Source: Nitrospirales bacterium
Lineage (GTDB): Bacteria > Nitrospirota > Nitrospiria > Nitrospirales > UBA8639
NCBI GenBank assembly: GCA_965203295.1
Contig: CBDBCZ010000012.1
Span: 64,001 to 128,000 of the forward strand
Direction of reading: 5' to 3'
Length of the DNA stretch: 64,000 nucleotides
This document shows, in pieces, positions 24,501 to 42,210 of this stretch. Position numbers and translations under genes: made by a program. Numbering within the stretch: the stretch's first letter is position 1; the number at the start of each line of letters is the position of its first letter. The notes beneath the pieces are model-generated. The model did not search any database. It was not told where the DNA came from and worked only from the letters and a program-made list of their open reading frames with translations.

Positions 24501-25045
24501 TTCTGTCCCAGTATAGTGAAATGTCTGTGGTTGACAAAGTTTCATCTCCAGACCGTGTGCGTTCATTGCAGTGCAATGAAATATCTCCACACATACGTGT
24601 GAGAGTGCAAGGAGATGGCAATTGTTTGTTTCGTGCTATTTCAAGGCACGTAACAGGAACGGAATCTAACCACTATGCTGTTCGGATAGCAGCTGTAAAC
24701 TATCTACACCAAAATTCATACTTGATAGAATACATCTTAATTGGGGTTAATGCTCCAGTTGAGCCACACGAACGTAGAGTTTTCTTTAACACCAAGGTGC
24801 ACGAGTACCTGGAAAACTCACACATGGCAGAGTTTGGTGAATGGGGCACTGATCTTGAGGTGTTCCTGCTTTCCTGCATGCTCGATGTAAACATAGTTGT
24901 ACGTCAAAACTTTGGACCGGGTCGAGCATGGCAGTGCATAGGACCTAGTGTACACGGCTTAAACGTTGTACACAACTATGCACTGTATTTATACAATACA
25001 AGAGCACTGGACCATTATGACTGTGTAATTCCAGTTCTCAATTGA
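18584..25045 (+). CDS. RepHel transposase polyprotein, 2153 aa: basic repeats, Cys-rich region, HUH-Y2 Rep, PIF1-family SF1 helicase, C-terminal OTU cysteine protease
   Basis: Rep motifs PTLFLTFS, EYQARGAPHYHVLLW (HUH), YVSGYVTK (Y2); helicase motifs GVGGTGKS, IIIVDEVSMV, GDLLQLQPV, FPLILAYAVTIHKCQGLSLD, GMAYVAISRVR; OTU motifs VQGDGNCLFRAIS, WGTDLE, HYDCV. Single uninterrupted ORF. Confidence 0.95.
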   Translation: MHNLRKKKTQNKARYIQNRENAKLASRARYRAGPDKKRAVSRAASRASYSTNPEKKKAASRASYRTDPDKKKAASRAASRASYSTNPEKKKAASRASYRTDPDKKKTASRAASRASYRADPDKKRAAVRMYYARTAAAKLKWAKKYYQKHRGRICASKRGRYALAEPKPVAKEFYAKELQQLLLKDDEARVQLVKAYKRQYKSAAKRLPPVMIKAVCRIAAKRLLNKVLQVRKEHAGALLKTARVVTSLNIKGRDDFGEGCHTASSEPFYYDAAYQPVQRACVIPINENGRCVVANEISSSGNDSSKTKGKQPLKWCCSSECKTLTEAEVAAVVNLKQAFEKPMEELRTALYACDSGCPNGHYTKAVVREHAGSIDVDLQGHTLPCFNDGGCCSQLRILRAASTHYSVLRTLLNHVYSAITSHLGVLNIDKALSTGDLHFLKEITKVPDFAVLLTNDLDCSYEQHIDAAVADSVLKSVESRLLIAHAQVISDLEKEIDDDPEHACCSCERLHQRKSVTKVKLSDNLGSKVWPALKAFIVEQNPDANEQVLYMCNYCKALVKKDEMPPRCVLNGLQTISMPPELAKLDCLSRQLIQRAKCYQTVVRLGTYTAKVPVYNSLKACKGTMFFLPLPFNKTLKTLEEVEHPSTALPEPELYIIVNGRPTKGEVVWRSLVNVDLVKTATKTLKEINWLYKDVNVESVDEAVKRVVEVTNSASSTMLQKASTDDIAGFQAYTIRSLDNKLSSDSDIEQYKVLNIKEDPLGNRENFLDVMCFPVLFPTGQFGEHHPRQVKLSHSEYVKSRLLNKDSRYRKDPQYVFFLLWQKEMREISAGVYNLLKSTRRQPMSVSALLHGVATRDEHLEANLCTMLQSVRGTKQYWFAKQSELRCMIRASGPPTLFLTFSCAEYESADIDRYLRKVNDVSPSYSIGKLCTDDPVSVSRKFSLKFHAFFRTVLLKGAVLGEIEHYYWKKEYQARGAPHYHVLLWIQDAPVIGHDDPERVLAWLQERITCHIPDKETDPDLHRLVTRYQMHKCSAYCKRRRKCGRTFITRCRFGFPRQACKTATLNCVDDALKSRRKIYQLPRTELEVRVNDYNPLLLMLWKANVDVAESSLALAHYVSGYVTKAEKSNLQDIWHEVSENKSIYSQLWSFGVRSLRSRECGLYEASDLLLGDHLTEKSDAVKWVDVSLPHKRSRRLKDHKVLEDVAKRDPNSEDIFQDNLLDTHYPRRPSDLEGLCLYDFVANYDYCGKDGNGDRKYRKLTKPRLPNHKLFDPEREDQTEAYYYSLILLFVPFRDESSLLLENETTEEAFRRLLPDDSTCSAYHSRLQKMLQARANIKQINDARQADGEEHKISKQDDDPQLLGEAKTAMKELFDMNAHPADTLSLKQRIAMLNADQRRIFDKVKDHLLHQQQHEADECSCDLSPLRMFVSGVGGTGKSFLIETVKVLVHDLWPSDDLTCAIAAPTGLAAFNVGGITIHRLFQLPIEHEGKTAQYWALPKSSRKVMKTTLRSVKIIIVDEVSMVSSLNFAYMHLRLEELFGSQDWFGSKNMLFVGDLLQLQPVNGLPVFEKITQKSLQYRLGCAASVNIWKDAIAYDELTINERQKQDGEFSSMLDCVRCGHPTDETLSILQKRVIQRSVADKFVELQQSQQSPVCLFPRRKECDHFNNEMLSRLSSQVHKLLCTDEVDETYSTRKWSRKAAEQLDKLNKDCNLTAGLEAQLLLAVGARVMLRRNIDTNAGLVNGAIGTVLSIRTDHVSVQFDHISEPYVVEKVKSRFMVMKNFYVYRKQFPLILAYAVTIHKCQGLSLDCAIVDLSDNVFSAGMAYVAISRVRTLAGVHLVAFDPNSIMVSTSCLKEVNRLRQVYRPDLKPYPLLVKPTTGTKRKLTGNTACTEPESKKTRLSRKRKHSGELPCSSKLEAKKPKQSPPTSKSSPDVSDGTVIYCGSEHYTPPNAINRPLPDDLWQRQKICVLSQYSEMSVVDKVSSPDRVRSLQCNEISPHIRVRVQGDGNCLFRAISRHVTGTESNHYAVRIAAVNYLHQNSYLIEYILIGVNAPVEPHERRVFFNTKVHEYLENSHMAEFGEWGTDLEVFLLSCMLDVNIVVRQNFGPGRAWQCIGPSVHGLNVVHNYALYLYNTRALDHYDCVIPVLN
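18662..18970 (+). repeat. Coding tandem repeat, 6 alternating 19/15-aa basic units (RASYRTDPDKKKAAS-like)
   Basis: Visible in translation and as GCCTCCCGTGCTAGTTACAG repeats. Confidence 0.9.
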
Positions 25046-25710
25046 GTTATGTAGCTTGTCTCTGTAATGTATACAAGCTGAGTATGTACAGGCAACCAAT
25101 TGTGTCCTGTCACTGCCGAAGTCTTGCTCTGGCAAGCATGCAGGGAGTTGTAGCTGATGTGAGTGGGTACAGCAGAGAGATCTCCTCTTGCAAAGAAGAG
25201 TGTGATGATGCAATTGATATTCTTTCCAAAAAAAGGGTCATGTTCCAATTGCACTCCATTCCAACAGAGTTGAGATTCTGAGTGCTCTGCAACTGTTTAA
25301 TGTTTGCATAGAGCTTGTGATGCACCTCAAAAGCAGCTTTGCCTTGAGTTGTGCTCCCAGACACCTCTGCTTTCTGTAACCCACTCACTCCTACTGCCAA
25401 GTCAACTCCCGTGTTTCATTAATCATGTGTGTGGTTAATAACAGCCTGCTATATTCAATCATTTGTAGAAGATGTGGCCCATTGAAGACGATGTCAGATG
25501 GAAGAGTAAAGTATGTGTTCTAAATATGATTCTCACTCTAATATGTGTGATGCATGCTTCCAGTGTGGGCGTAGCTAAAGACTTAGGATAGCTACAAGAA
25601 TATGTATTTAAGTTTGCTCTTGTTGCTCACATTTACTGCATGCATAAGACTGCATAATTCATGTAGAAAGTAGGCTTGTTATGCCCAAAACTGCTGCTAT
25701 ATACCATTAT

Positions 25711-26047
25711 CCAGGCGAGAAGGCTCCACCCAATACTATAACATCCAAGAGAGAAGGCTCCACCCAATACTATAACATCCAGGAGAGAAGGCTCCACCCA
25801 ATACTATAACATCCAGGAGAGAAGGATCCACCATATATACTACAACGTCTAGGCAAGAAGGCCCCGCTCAGTACTATAAAATCCAAGCGAGAAGGCTCCA
25901 CCCAATACTATAACATCCAAGCGAGAAGGCTCCACCCAATACTATAACATCCAAGCGAGAAGGCTCCACCCAATACTATAACATCCAGGCGAGAAGGCTC
26001 CACCATATACTACAACGTCCAGGCGAGAAGTTTCCATCCAATACTAT
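25711..26047. repeat. 34-bp minisatellite, ~10 units, in the 3' region of copy A (equivalent at ~42946-43275 in copy B)
   Basis: Unit CCAGGCGAGAAGGCTCCACCCAATACTATAACAT; period 25711 to 25745. Confidence 0.9.
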
Positions 26048-27421
26048 TGCTACCAAACACATGACTTTTACAATGTTTCGTGTCTTCTATTCTTTCTTCC
26101 TGTGATTGTTACCTCTGCCTGGCTAACTTTCGAGTTCACTTTCCTGCAAATTATTCACTTTGCAGTCCCCATACCAAACTGATATCCTCTCTTCCCCACC
26201 CACCTTGGAATACTCACTCGTTCCTTTCTCTCACTAAATGCTTTGTTCCAGTATGTCAAACTTTGAAACTCCTCTCACTTGGTTTTGTTTTCGCAATACT
26301 CTCTCTTATCATAGGTCTAAGTTATTTGCTCATCTCTCTTCCTCTCCTACTTCTCGTCACTTCTGGTCCCTTCTCCAATTCTTTCAAAAAAAAAAACAAA
26401 TCGAGATTAGCCAAATTCTTCTTCCAAAGCTATCCTTCTCAATGACTCCTTTTGCACCTCTTGTTATTCAGCTTGCCCAATCATTTCCTCTTTTGTTTCT
26501 TCCTGTGGTTCTAATGCAATTTCCTCCCACATGCTTAATCTACGCCCTCCTTTATTACCTATCCTCATCAATATCTTATACCGTTTGCTTTTCATTCTGG
26601 AGTCTCCGCTCTACTCTCTTTTGCTCATCATTGTTCTCTCTGCTGGATTCATGCTATTCTGGCTGTTATTGTCTGATTTACGCAAGGTGTTTGACTTGTC
26701 GCCACCAATCTCTTCATACTCTCTCGTGTACTGGTCTTCCTCCTCTGTTGGGAGCACTCTCTCGTGTACTGGTCTTCCTCCTCTGTTGGGAGCACTCTCT
26801 CGTGTACTGGACTTCCTCCTCTGTTGGGAGCATACTTATCTCACCAATGAACTATAACAAGTCGTAATCAACATCCATTCACCACGAAAATCTTAGTACT
26901 TCCTTCACATGCTCCTCGGGCCTCTATTCTTGGTTCTCTTCTCTCTATTTATAAATCACTTCATAAATTCAAATTTTCCACTCTTTCCACCCATTGTAAA
27001 ATTGCAATCTTGTCCTACTCTATTCAATTCTAAATGGCTACATCTTTCCTCCCAAGTCTTTACTCTCTCATCCTCCTCACATGTCTGCATCAATGGTAAC
27101 TTTGTTATAACTATAAAAATCCATTATACAATTTGTTCATTCTATAATGGCATCTTCCCCATTTTATATAAATAACACCACCATCAAATTCAACATCCCC
27201 ACCCCCTACGAAGAGACCAGTGCATGTGAATGCATTCTCATATCAATACAATGCTGAACTTCAACCCTACATGTATGGAACCACACTGAGTCAACTCCTA
27301 CCATCTAATGCTAATACCAAACATTCAGAACCACCCTTCCTTTCTCCCAAAAAAAAAAGTAGAAACAAGTTTTAAATTAACTTTAAAAAAGTAAAAAGCA
27401 TGTAGGGATGGCACTGTACGG

Positions 27422-28509
27422 AAATAACAAAAGCAAAAACTTCACAGAAAAATCATTAAAGAACATGTATCACATGGATAGAATCCCCAAAAAGTAGTCA
27501 AACAAGGTAGGAATGTTACCACAGAACGTTTATGGATTACTGGATTGCCATCCCTACATCTTGCCAACCACACACACACCACAATCCCCTCCATTCCACA
27601 CCAAGGTATCCACGCCCAAGTTACATGTATGTGTACTATATAGACACACAAGGTATCTGATCCCACACTGAAATCTAATAGCTATAATAGCTATATATAG
27701 TTATATATAATATTCCTTAGCAGCAATTAGCACTGTTCTCTATACTCCCTTCCACAGTAATGGAAGGGCCAAGAACCAGAGTGCACCAACTAAGTGCAGG
27801 AAATTGCATGAATTTCATAGAATGAGGTTAAAAAAATGCCCTATACCTAAGCAATGGTGAATTGAAAATCTCACATTCTTATAATAGTAGCTCCTGAAAC
27901 GCAAGTATCACAAGCATGCATGGATGTATATAATTAGACTACTCTCAGACTGGTTCTCAGCCTTTCAATTGCCGTGCTCATCAGCATGAATAATTGCAGC
28001 AAACTACATATACCCCTACAATCACAACAGCCATATTCACATGTACAGGCCCCAAAATATACGTATAAAGCTTATACTCTGGTAAATGCACTAGACTCAG
28101 CACTCCCCACCTTACATATATCTACAGCTATTGTCTCCATTAGCCACATTACACAACTGGTCAGCAATTAACACTATGGTTCACCATGACTTGTCTTCAG
28201 ACTCTCTATGTATAACTGGACAGTTATTATTTTAACACACTTTAAATGTACCCGCAAATTATTAAATTCTATGTAGAGGCCTGGGAACGAGGCTATATCA
28301 TAAAAACACATTGCAAAGACATGCACTGGAAGCTGCATGGAGGGGATTGTGGTGTGTGTGTGGTTGGCAAGATGTAGGGATGGCAATCCAGTAATCCATG
28401 AACGTTCTGTGGTAACATTCCTACCTTGTTTGACTACTTTTTGGGGATTCTATCCATGTGATACATGTTCTTTAATGATTTTTCTGTGAAGTTTTTGCTT
28501 TTGTTATTT
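27422..28509. repeat. Terminal fold-back of copy A: inverted arms 27422-27594 and 28337-28509 (173 bp, 1 mismatch)
   Basis: Direct reverse-complement comparison; proximal arm extends further left to ~27378, distal arm is truncated. Confidence 0.92.
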
Positions 28510-30223
28510 TATAATGATGATCGTGACCACTGTAATATACCGCTGTATGTAAAATTATATCATCCTCTATAATTCTGTGATTAAATTTGTAATATTATAA
28601 TAATACATCACGTACCATCCCTGCATATTCAAGTCAGCTATGTACGTATGATCATATGGCATGATGAACTCGCTCACGCTCGCCCCACAATGCTCTGCAT
28701 TCACCTAGTAGATAATAACTACGTGCGCCCACACAGTTCTGCGTGCTGTGCGTATGCGTACAGGTATTGTATTGTATTGTATTGTATTGTATTGTATGGT
28801 ATTGTATGGTATTGTATTGTATTGTTTTAGAAAAAAAAATGATTATGCTAAAACAGGCACAGGTCTAGATAGCCCCACCCCCATTCATTCACACAATGAT
28901 CTGATTGCGTTTGTGCGCTGAACCGTCGGGAATCTTCGTCAGGGAGGGGAGGAGAGGTTGCTGTACGAGTCAGGCCACTCATACAACGGGAGATTAAAGC
29001 TATTTCAAGCCATGTAAGTTTATACTCGCTAATATGTACCCGTTCTGTACTGTAGTTTGGTCAGCTATGGTAGCTAGCTCCCGTACAGACTGGCTCGCGA
29101 GACTAGCTCCCGTGTCGGTACAGAGGTTTGCAAAAGCGTGCAAGAGACTGTGTAGAGTAGAAACCAGAATGCTTGCCCTGTTCATGATCAGTAATAAGCC
29201 TTTCATCTGTAGCTACTAGTGTCAGGATGGTTGTCTGTTTTTCAAGTACATTAACTATTACGTTTATTGAGAGCGAACCTCAGTGCCAAATGTGAAGTAA
29301 ATTGGCCAGCAGACAAAGAGATCTCAACCTTCGTGTGGTTAAAGCTCTGATTCCAGAATATTATACATATGTATGAAACCGTAATGCCAACGTCAAGTAG
29401 GAGGAGATTTTTGTCCGGATAGTTGTACTTTCTAACACACTTGTAGCTGAGCTGTCGTGTAGGTGCGGATGTATGCAGGATGAGCTGGTCTAAGAATGCT
29501 TAACCATGCTGCCATATACAAAGGCTCTTTAGCGAGGCTGAATCACTTCTGTCCTGTTGTTGAATACAGCCTAAGGGTATATAGCCAGTGTTGTCCAATC
29601 CTTCTAGAATACGTAGTGAAAACTAACAGAAACAGAACCCAAAAGAAGGAAAAAGAAAAAAATTAAAGGGGGGTGAAATAGGAAGTACATGTAAGAGAAT
29701 CTAACCCAGCTCTCAGCTTTCAGGGCCTTCACCACTAGGCCACTGGAAGGATTAACCTGTTTTTCATGTCTCCTCAGAGAATCTGAGGTTGAAAAGCCTT
29801 ACATGATTTTTCACCCATGGTTCACAAAATAACATAATTTTGATACTAAATCTCTCTAGTTTTTTGCGTATTATTATAACATCATTTTGAAAGTTTTAAT
29901 GTTTCATGGTGATGTCAACATTTATTTACACTTGATACGTTTCATTTCCTTGCACATTGACAGCTGTTTGGTCTCTATCTATAATATTGTCGTACATACT
30001 CCAGTGTATAATTTTGGTTTATAGATTGTTTAGCTAAGCATTAGATTTACTACTGCAGCAATGCATGCATTTGCTAATTTAGTAGCCTCATTCCCAGGCA
30101 TTCACTCAGCTTTTATCACTTGGGAGCTGGAGCCTGGGGAGTCCTAGTCAAGGCTACTAACCTAGTAGATGTGTTTTGTTAAGCATTCACACTGTGGTAC
30201 TTGCCGCCGAATCTTTCCCTCAG

Positions 30224-37288
<7,065 letters not shown>

Positions 37289-38039
37289 GTAGGTATTGTA
37301 TGTGTTCAAACCGAAGATATGCAATGGTGCAATCTAGTCTTGTAACATCCTCATCCCTATAAACGTTGATGACTAAGGGTTAGCAAGCAGTTGTACTTAA
37401 TGTGTTCAATGATGTGGTACCACTACATGTACCTTAAATAGTAAGTACAAGCAGTCATCATCATTCCTAGCCATGAACACGATTATAGTAGAACTCTTGA
37501 GTGAAAACATGTAGACAACAAGAGCGGTGCCTATTATGTGTGCCTGCTCCTTTATTGTCAGATATTACAGGTTTGTCCGTGCAGTTATTACCTTAATATT
37601 CCTGCTCTCCCTTCTCTCAGGTGTTGCACAGTACCCGAGTAAAGTCACTGCGCAGTAAAGCAGCTCTACCTTTAGGTCTACTCGAAAGAGTAGCTCTATT
37701 TCCTTCAGTACTGTCCGCAAGGGATACACTGTTTCACAGGTTCGTACATTCACAAGAATGGCACATCAACTGCAGCTGATACATTGCAGATAGGTAGTAA
37801 TATTATACTCGTGTCGCTGTCGTAGCACGTATGCCATTGAGCACGCACCCACTTACCAGGCTGTAAGATCTCCAGTCCGAGCAAGAACAAACAGATGTTT
37901 CATTATCTTGATCACCATAGAGTATAAATGATGGCTGAGGCTGTACAAGCTAGTCTGTTTGTAAAGAAATAGAATGTAAGAATTACTTGCAGGGGTTGGG
38001 GACCCAGGAACACGATTGATGTTTAAATTTAGGTTCAAG

Positions 38040-40269
38040 TACTAACCGTCTGAATAAAAAGTTAGGAAGATATAGGGGTAAAAATGATGATAGGCAGTGT
38101 AAGTTGTGTGGGGTGCAATGTGAGAGTGTAGTACATGTGGTCTAGGAGTGTCCTATGTAAGATACCATTAGAAATATTTTCGTGAGAGAATTAGATGATT
38201 TGTTGGGCGGGAGCTTAGCAAACTTTGTTACTTTCAATAGTTTGAAATCTTCAGCAAATGTATCCTGACTCTCTAGATTTAATGACTGCAGCAACAATTT
38301 ATTACCTACTTTTCTCTGCCTACCTCTGCACAATTTCACTTACCACTCACTGTCTAGTAAGCTAGGATATCTCTCATCATGCAAATTACTGACTTTATAA
38401 CACCATGCACCTATGCCTCCTGCCTTTCAAAAGATTGTAACCCCATACCCCCTCCCCCCTTACTGCTTCACTACACGTTTTAGAAGAGCAGCCAAATATA
38501 TTTTTAGCTGCTCCTAGCTGAATAATTTCCAAGGAAACTGTCTGCCATGTATTACAAGCCCACACTTCACTACCATATTCTAAAGCAGGGTAAGCTACTG
38601 AAACTAACAATAGGTATTCTTCTTGTAACTGTGCTGATATTACTGTTACTAAATGTAAATTTTTCTTTCCACTATTAATTACCTTCTGTACATGACTATC
38701 CATGAACCATTATTTGCAAATTCAGCACCCAAATAACAGTGACTTACAACCTCTGGAATGTTTTTATCTCCCCACTTCCATGTACATGTGCCTGTATTAA
38801 CCTCTTTAGAAAATACCATAATAGCACTGTTTTTTATGTCAGATTTCAACCTCCATTTATTACAAAACCCCTGTACTGCATTAATCAATGTTAGTAGTTA
38901 AACCTACAAAATCTTTCGGCAAACATTAGACCCCCAACCTGAACATCCTTCCTAATATTAATGCCAATCACAGCCTTCTTAACCTCATCTAACAACTGAT
39001 TAATCAAGTTAGATAAGAGGATAGGCAACATACTACAACCCTGTGCCGCCCCCTGACCCATATTAGATATTTCTGCCTCCAGTAAAACAGCACTCTGTGT
39101 GATATCCTTAATAACTCGCCTCATCCTGCCCCTGACACGATAACCTAAACTATAAGCCTTCATGTCAAACTGTGTCAAATACTTCTGAACATCTAAGAAA
39201 GAAGCATAAGTGTTCCTCATTCTACCTGGTATGATTTTATTGAAAGCAAAGATTCTATCAACACGACTCGTTTTCTCTCTGAATCCTCATGAAGAGCTCT
39301 TTCTCATTCTAATGTGATTACTATGCGATTGTTTAGAACAGTTTTCCTCCCACATTTAATAATGTAATGCCTCTGTAAATACCCAGATCTTCAGTATCAC
39401 CTTTCTTATACAAGCTAAAAAGTAACACTTGTCCTTGTTGTTTAGGAACACTCTCCTCTGTCCAAACTACTTCATATAAGACTTTGAACAGACTACATGT
39501 AGCTACTCCTTTGCCACCGTACCTAAAAAGCTCCACAACTAGCCCATCATTACCTCCTGTATTATTATTACCCCGCGGCGCATAGGCGGCGGCAGGGTTA
39601 AGCGATTGGTTCTGTCTGTTCGTCCGTCCGTTCGTTCGTTGTCTGTCGACTCAAAAATCGGGCTATCTCGCGATTTGCAGGGTTAAGCATTGATAAACAA
39701 AACAGCAACATTGAAATCCCCAAAAAAATGTCCGGGTGTGTACCTGATAGTCGCCAAAGCAGTTCCATACGCTGCATCTCCAGCTCTTTCTTATTTAACA
39801 ATGGTACATCCTGCCTTATTAATACGGTCACAACTAGAATACAATGGGAGCCGGGCATATACGGACTCTGGTCACGTATTCGTATTGGCAATCGGTATGT
39901 CTCGGCGAGAGACCTCTAGTTCTTTAAGGTTTTAGTTAAATTTCTGCAAAATAATTCCCCTGTCCAAAACCTTAACCTTCCGTAATCTAGACATTTCCCT
40001 ATACTCTGTCACTTTCTGCTCTACATGCTCTTTCCAGTTACCATCAAACTGATAATCCACGGATGCTGTACCCAGCCTTTCATAATGCTCACATAATACT
40101 TCCAAATTTCCCTTAGTGCTGGTTGCACATGAACCTGGAGTACTCCTCAAAGAAGATATATACCCTTATGACTACCTTTTGAATATCCTGCCAACAAATG
40201 CCCTAAAACTCTTTCCTGTTTTCATAAAAATCTTAATTAGCCCTTTCAATCATCTCATTTCAACTATCT
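38040..40269 (-). mobile_element. Decayed non-LTR retrotransposon (CR1/L2-group-like ORF2, RT region)
   Basis: Fragments YRGITLLNVGGKLF, FLDVQK, GAAQGCSMLPILL, GGLMFA, WRLK, YLG, LEYGSEVW in several frames with stops. Confidence 0.85.
39565..39921 (+). mobile_element. Short non-autonomous Helentron-associated (HINE/DINE-1-like) insertion inside the LINE
   Basis: Interrupts LINE coding sequence in a T-rich site; GTCY-like microsatellite near the 5' end; GTCTC-GGCGA-GAGAC stem-loop then CTAGTT at the 3' end. Confidence 0.6.
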
Positions 40270-41469
40270 AATAACTTTAAAAAAGTAAAAAGCATGTAGG
40301 GATGGCACAGTACAGAAAAAACAAAAGCAAAAAACTTTACAGAAAAATCATTAAAGAACATGTATCACATGGATAGAATCCCCAAAAAGTAATCAAACAA
40401 GGTAGGAATGTTACCACAGAACTTTCATGGATTACTGGATTGCCATCCCTACATCTTGCCAACCACACACACACCACAATCCCCTCCATGCAGCTTCCAG
40501 TGCATGTCTTTGCAATGTGTTTTTATACTAGCCTCGTTCCCAGGCCTCCACATCGAATTTAATAATTTGGGGGTACATTTAATATATTTACTATCTGCAA
40601 GTGTGTTAAAATAATAAATGTCCAGTTGTACATAGAGAGTCTGAAGACAAGTAATGGTGAACAATATTGTTAATTGCTGACCAGTTGTGTAATGTGGCTA
40701 ACGGAGACCATAGCTGTAGTTATATGTAAGGTGGGGAGTGCTGAGTCTAGTGCATCTACCAGTGTATAGGCTTTATAAGTATATTTTGGGGCCTGTACAT
40801 GTGAATATGGCTGTTGTGATTGTAGGGGTATATGTAGTTTGCTGCAATATATATTCATGCTGATGAACATGGGAATTGAAGGGCTGAGAACCAGTCTGAG
40901 AGTAGTCTAATTATATACATCCATGCTTGTGATACTTGTGTTTCATGATTAGGAGCTACTATTATAAGAATGTGAGATTTTCAATTCACCATTGCTTAGG
41001 TATAGGGCATTTTTTTAACCTCATTCTATGAAATTCATGCAATTTCCTGCACTTAGTTGGCGCACTCTGGTTCTTGGCCCTTCCATTACTGTGGAAGGGA
41101 GTATTAAGTCAACAGTGCTAATTGCTGCTAAGGAATATAATATTTTACATAATTATATATAGCTATTAGATTTCAGTGTGGAATCGGATACCTTGTGAGT
41201 CTATATAGTACACGTACATGTAAATTGAGCGTAGATATCTTGGTGTGGAATGGAGGGGATTGTGGTGTGTGTGTGGTTGGCAAGATGTAGGGATGGCAAT
41301 CCAGTAATCCATGAAAGTTCTGTGGTAACATTCCTACCTTGTTTGATTACTTTTTGGGGATTCTATCCATGTGATACATGTTCTTTAATGATTTTTCTGT
41401 AAAGTTTTTTGCTTTTGTTTTTTCTGTACTGTGCCATCCCTACATGCTTTTTACTTTTTTAAAGTTATT
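40270..41469. repeat. Terminal fold-back of copy B: inverted arms 40270-40489 and 41250-41469 (220 bp, no mismatch seen)
   Basis: Direct reverse-complement comparison; each arm contains ATGTAGGGATGGCA in both orientations. Confidence 0.92.
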
Positions 41470-42020
41470 TTAGAACTTGTTTCTATTCTTTTTTTGGGAG
41501 AAAGGAAGGGTGGTTCTGAATGTTTGGTATTAGCATTAGATGGTAGGAGTTGACTCAGTGTGGTCCCGTGCATGTAGGGTTGAAGTTCAGCATTGTATTG
41601 ATATGAGAATGCTGAAGACATTCACATGCACTGGTCTCTTCGTAGGAGGTGGGGATGTTGAATTTGATGGTAGTGTTATTTTTATAAAATGGGGAAGATG
41701 CCATTATAGAATGAACAAATTGTATAATGGATGTTATAGTTACAACAAAGTTACCATTGATGCAGACATATGAGGAGGACGAGAGAGTAAAGAATTGGTA
41801 GTAAAGAAGATGTAGCCATTTAGAATTGAATAGAGTAGGACAAGATTGCAATTTTACAACGGGTGGAAAGAGTGGAAAAGTTGAATTTATGAGGTGATAT
41901 ATAAATAGAGAGAAGAGGACCAAGAATAGGGGCCCGAGGAGCATGTGAAGGAAGTACTAAGATGTACGTGATGAATGGGTGTTGATTACGACTTGATATA
42001 GTTCATTGGTGAGATAAATA

Positions 42021-42210
42021 TGCTCCCAACAGAGGAGGAAGACCAGTACACGAGAGAGTGCTCCCAACAGAGGAGGAAGACCAGTACACGAGAGAGTGCT
42101 CCCAACAGAGGAGGAAGACCAGTACACGAGAGAGTGCTCCCAACAGAGGAGGAAGACCAGTACACGAGAGAGTGCTCCCAACAGAGGAGGAAGACCAGTA
42201 CACGAGAGAG
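42021..42210. repeat. 38-bp tandem repeat, 5 copies in copy B (3 copies at ~26718-26832 in copy A)
   Basis: Unit TGCTCCCAACAGAGGAGGAAGACCAGTACACGAGAGAG. Confidence 0.9.

Larger units (their letters stand above)
15941..28509 (+). mobile_element. Helentron/Helitron2-type (HLE2) rolling-circle transposon, copy A (distal end truncated by ~50 bp relative to copy B)
   Basis: Starts with ATCATGGAGTAC-GGTA-GTACTCCAT hairpin plus ATGTAGGGATGGCAC (15966-15980), shared with copy B; similarity to the host duplicate (10070-11125) stops at 15940. Contains the 2153-aa Rep-helicase ORF and is largely colinear (reverse complement) with 40270-52211 up to 28509; the 5' UTRs are partly rearranged. Confidence 0.9.

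Noticed and set aside
18584..25045. Host PIF1 gene or endogenous virus
   Set aside because: Fusion to an HUH-Y2 Rep, two dispersed copies with defined termini and no capsid ORF seen indicate a Helitron-like transposon.
25711..26047. CRISPR-like periodicity of the 34-bp and 38-bp arrays
   Set aside because: Units are head-to-tail with no unique spacers, the context is eukaryotic and there are no cas genes; these are minisatellites.
26080..27175. Hydrophobic ORFs as accessory membrane proteins
   Set aside because: Frames differ between copies A and B; the sequence is CT-rich decayed LINE plus tandem repeat.
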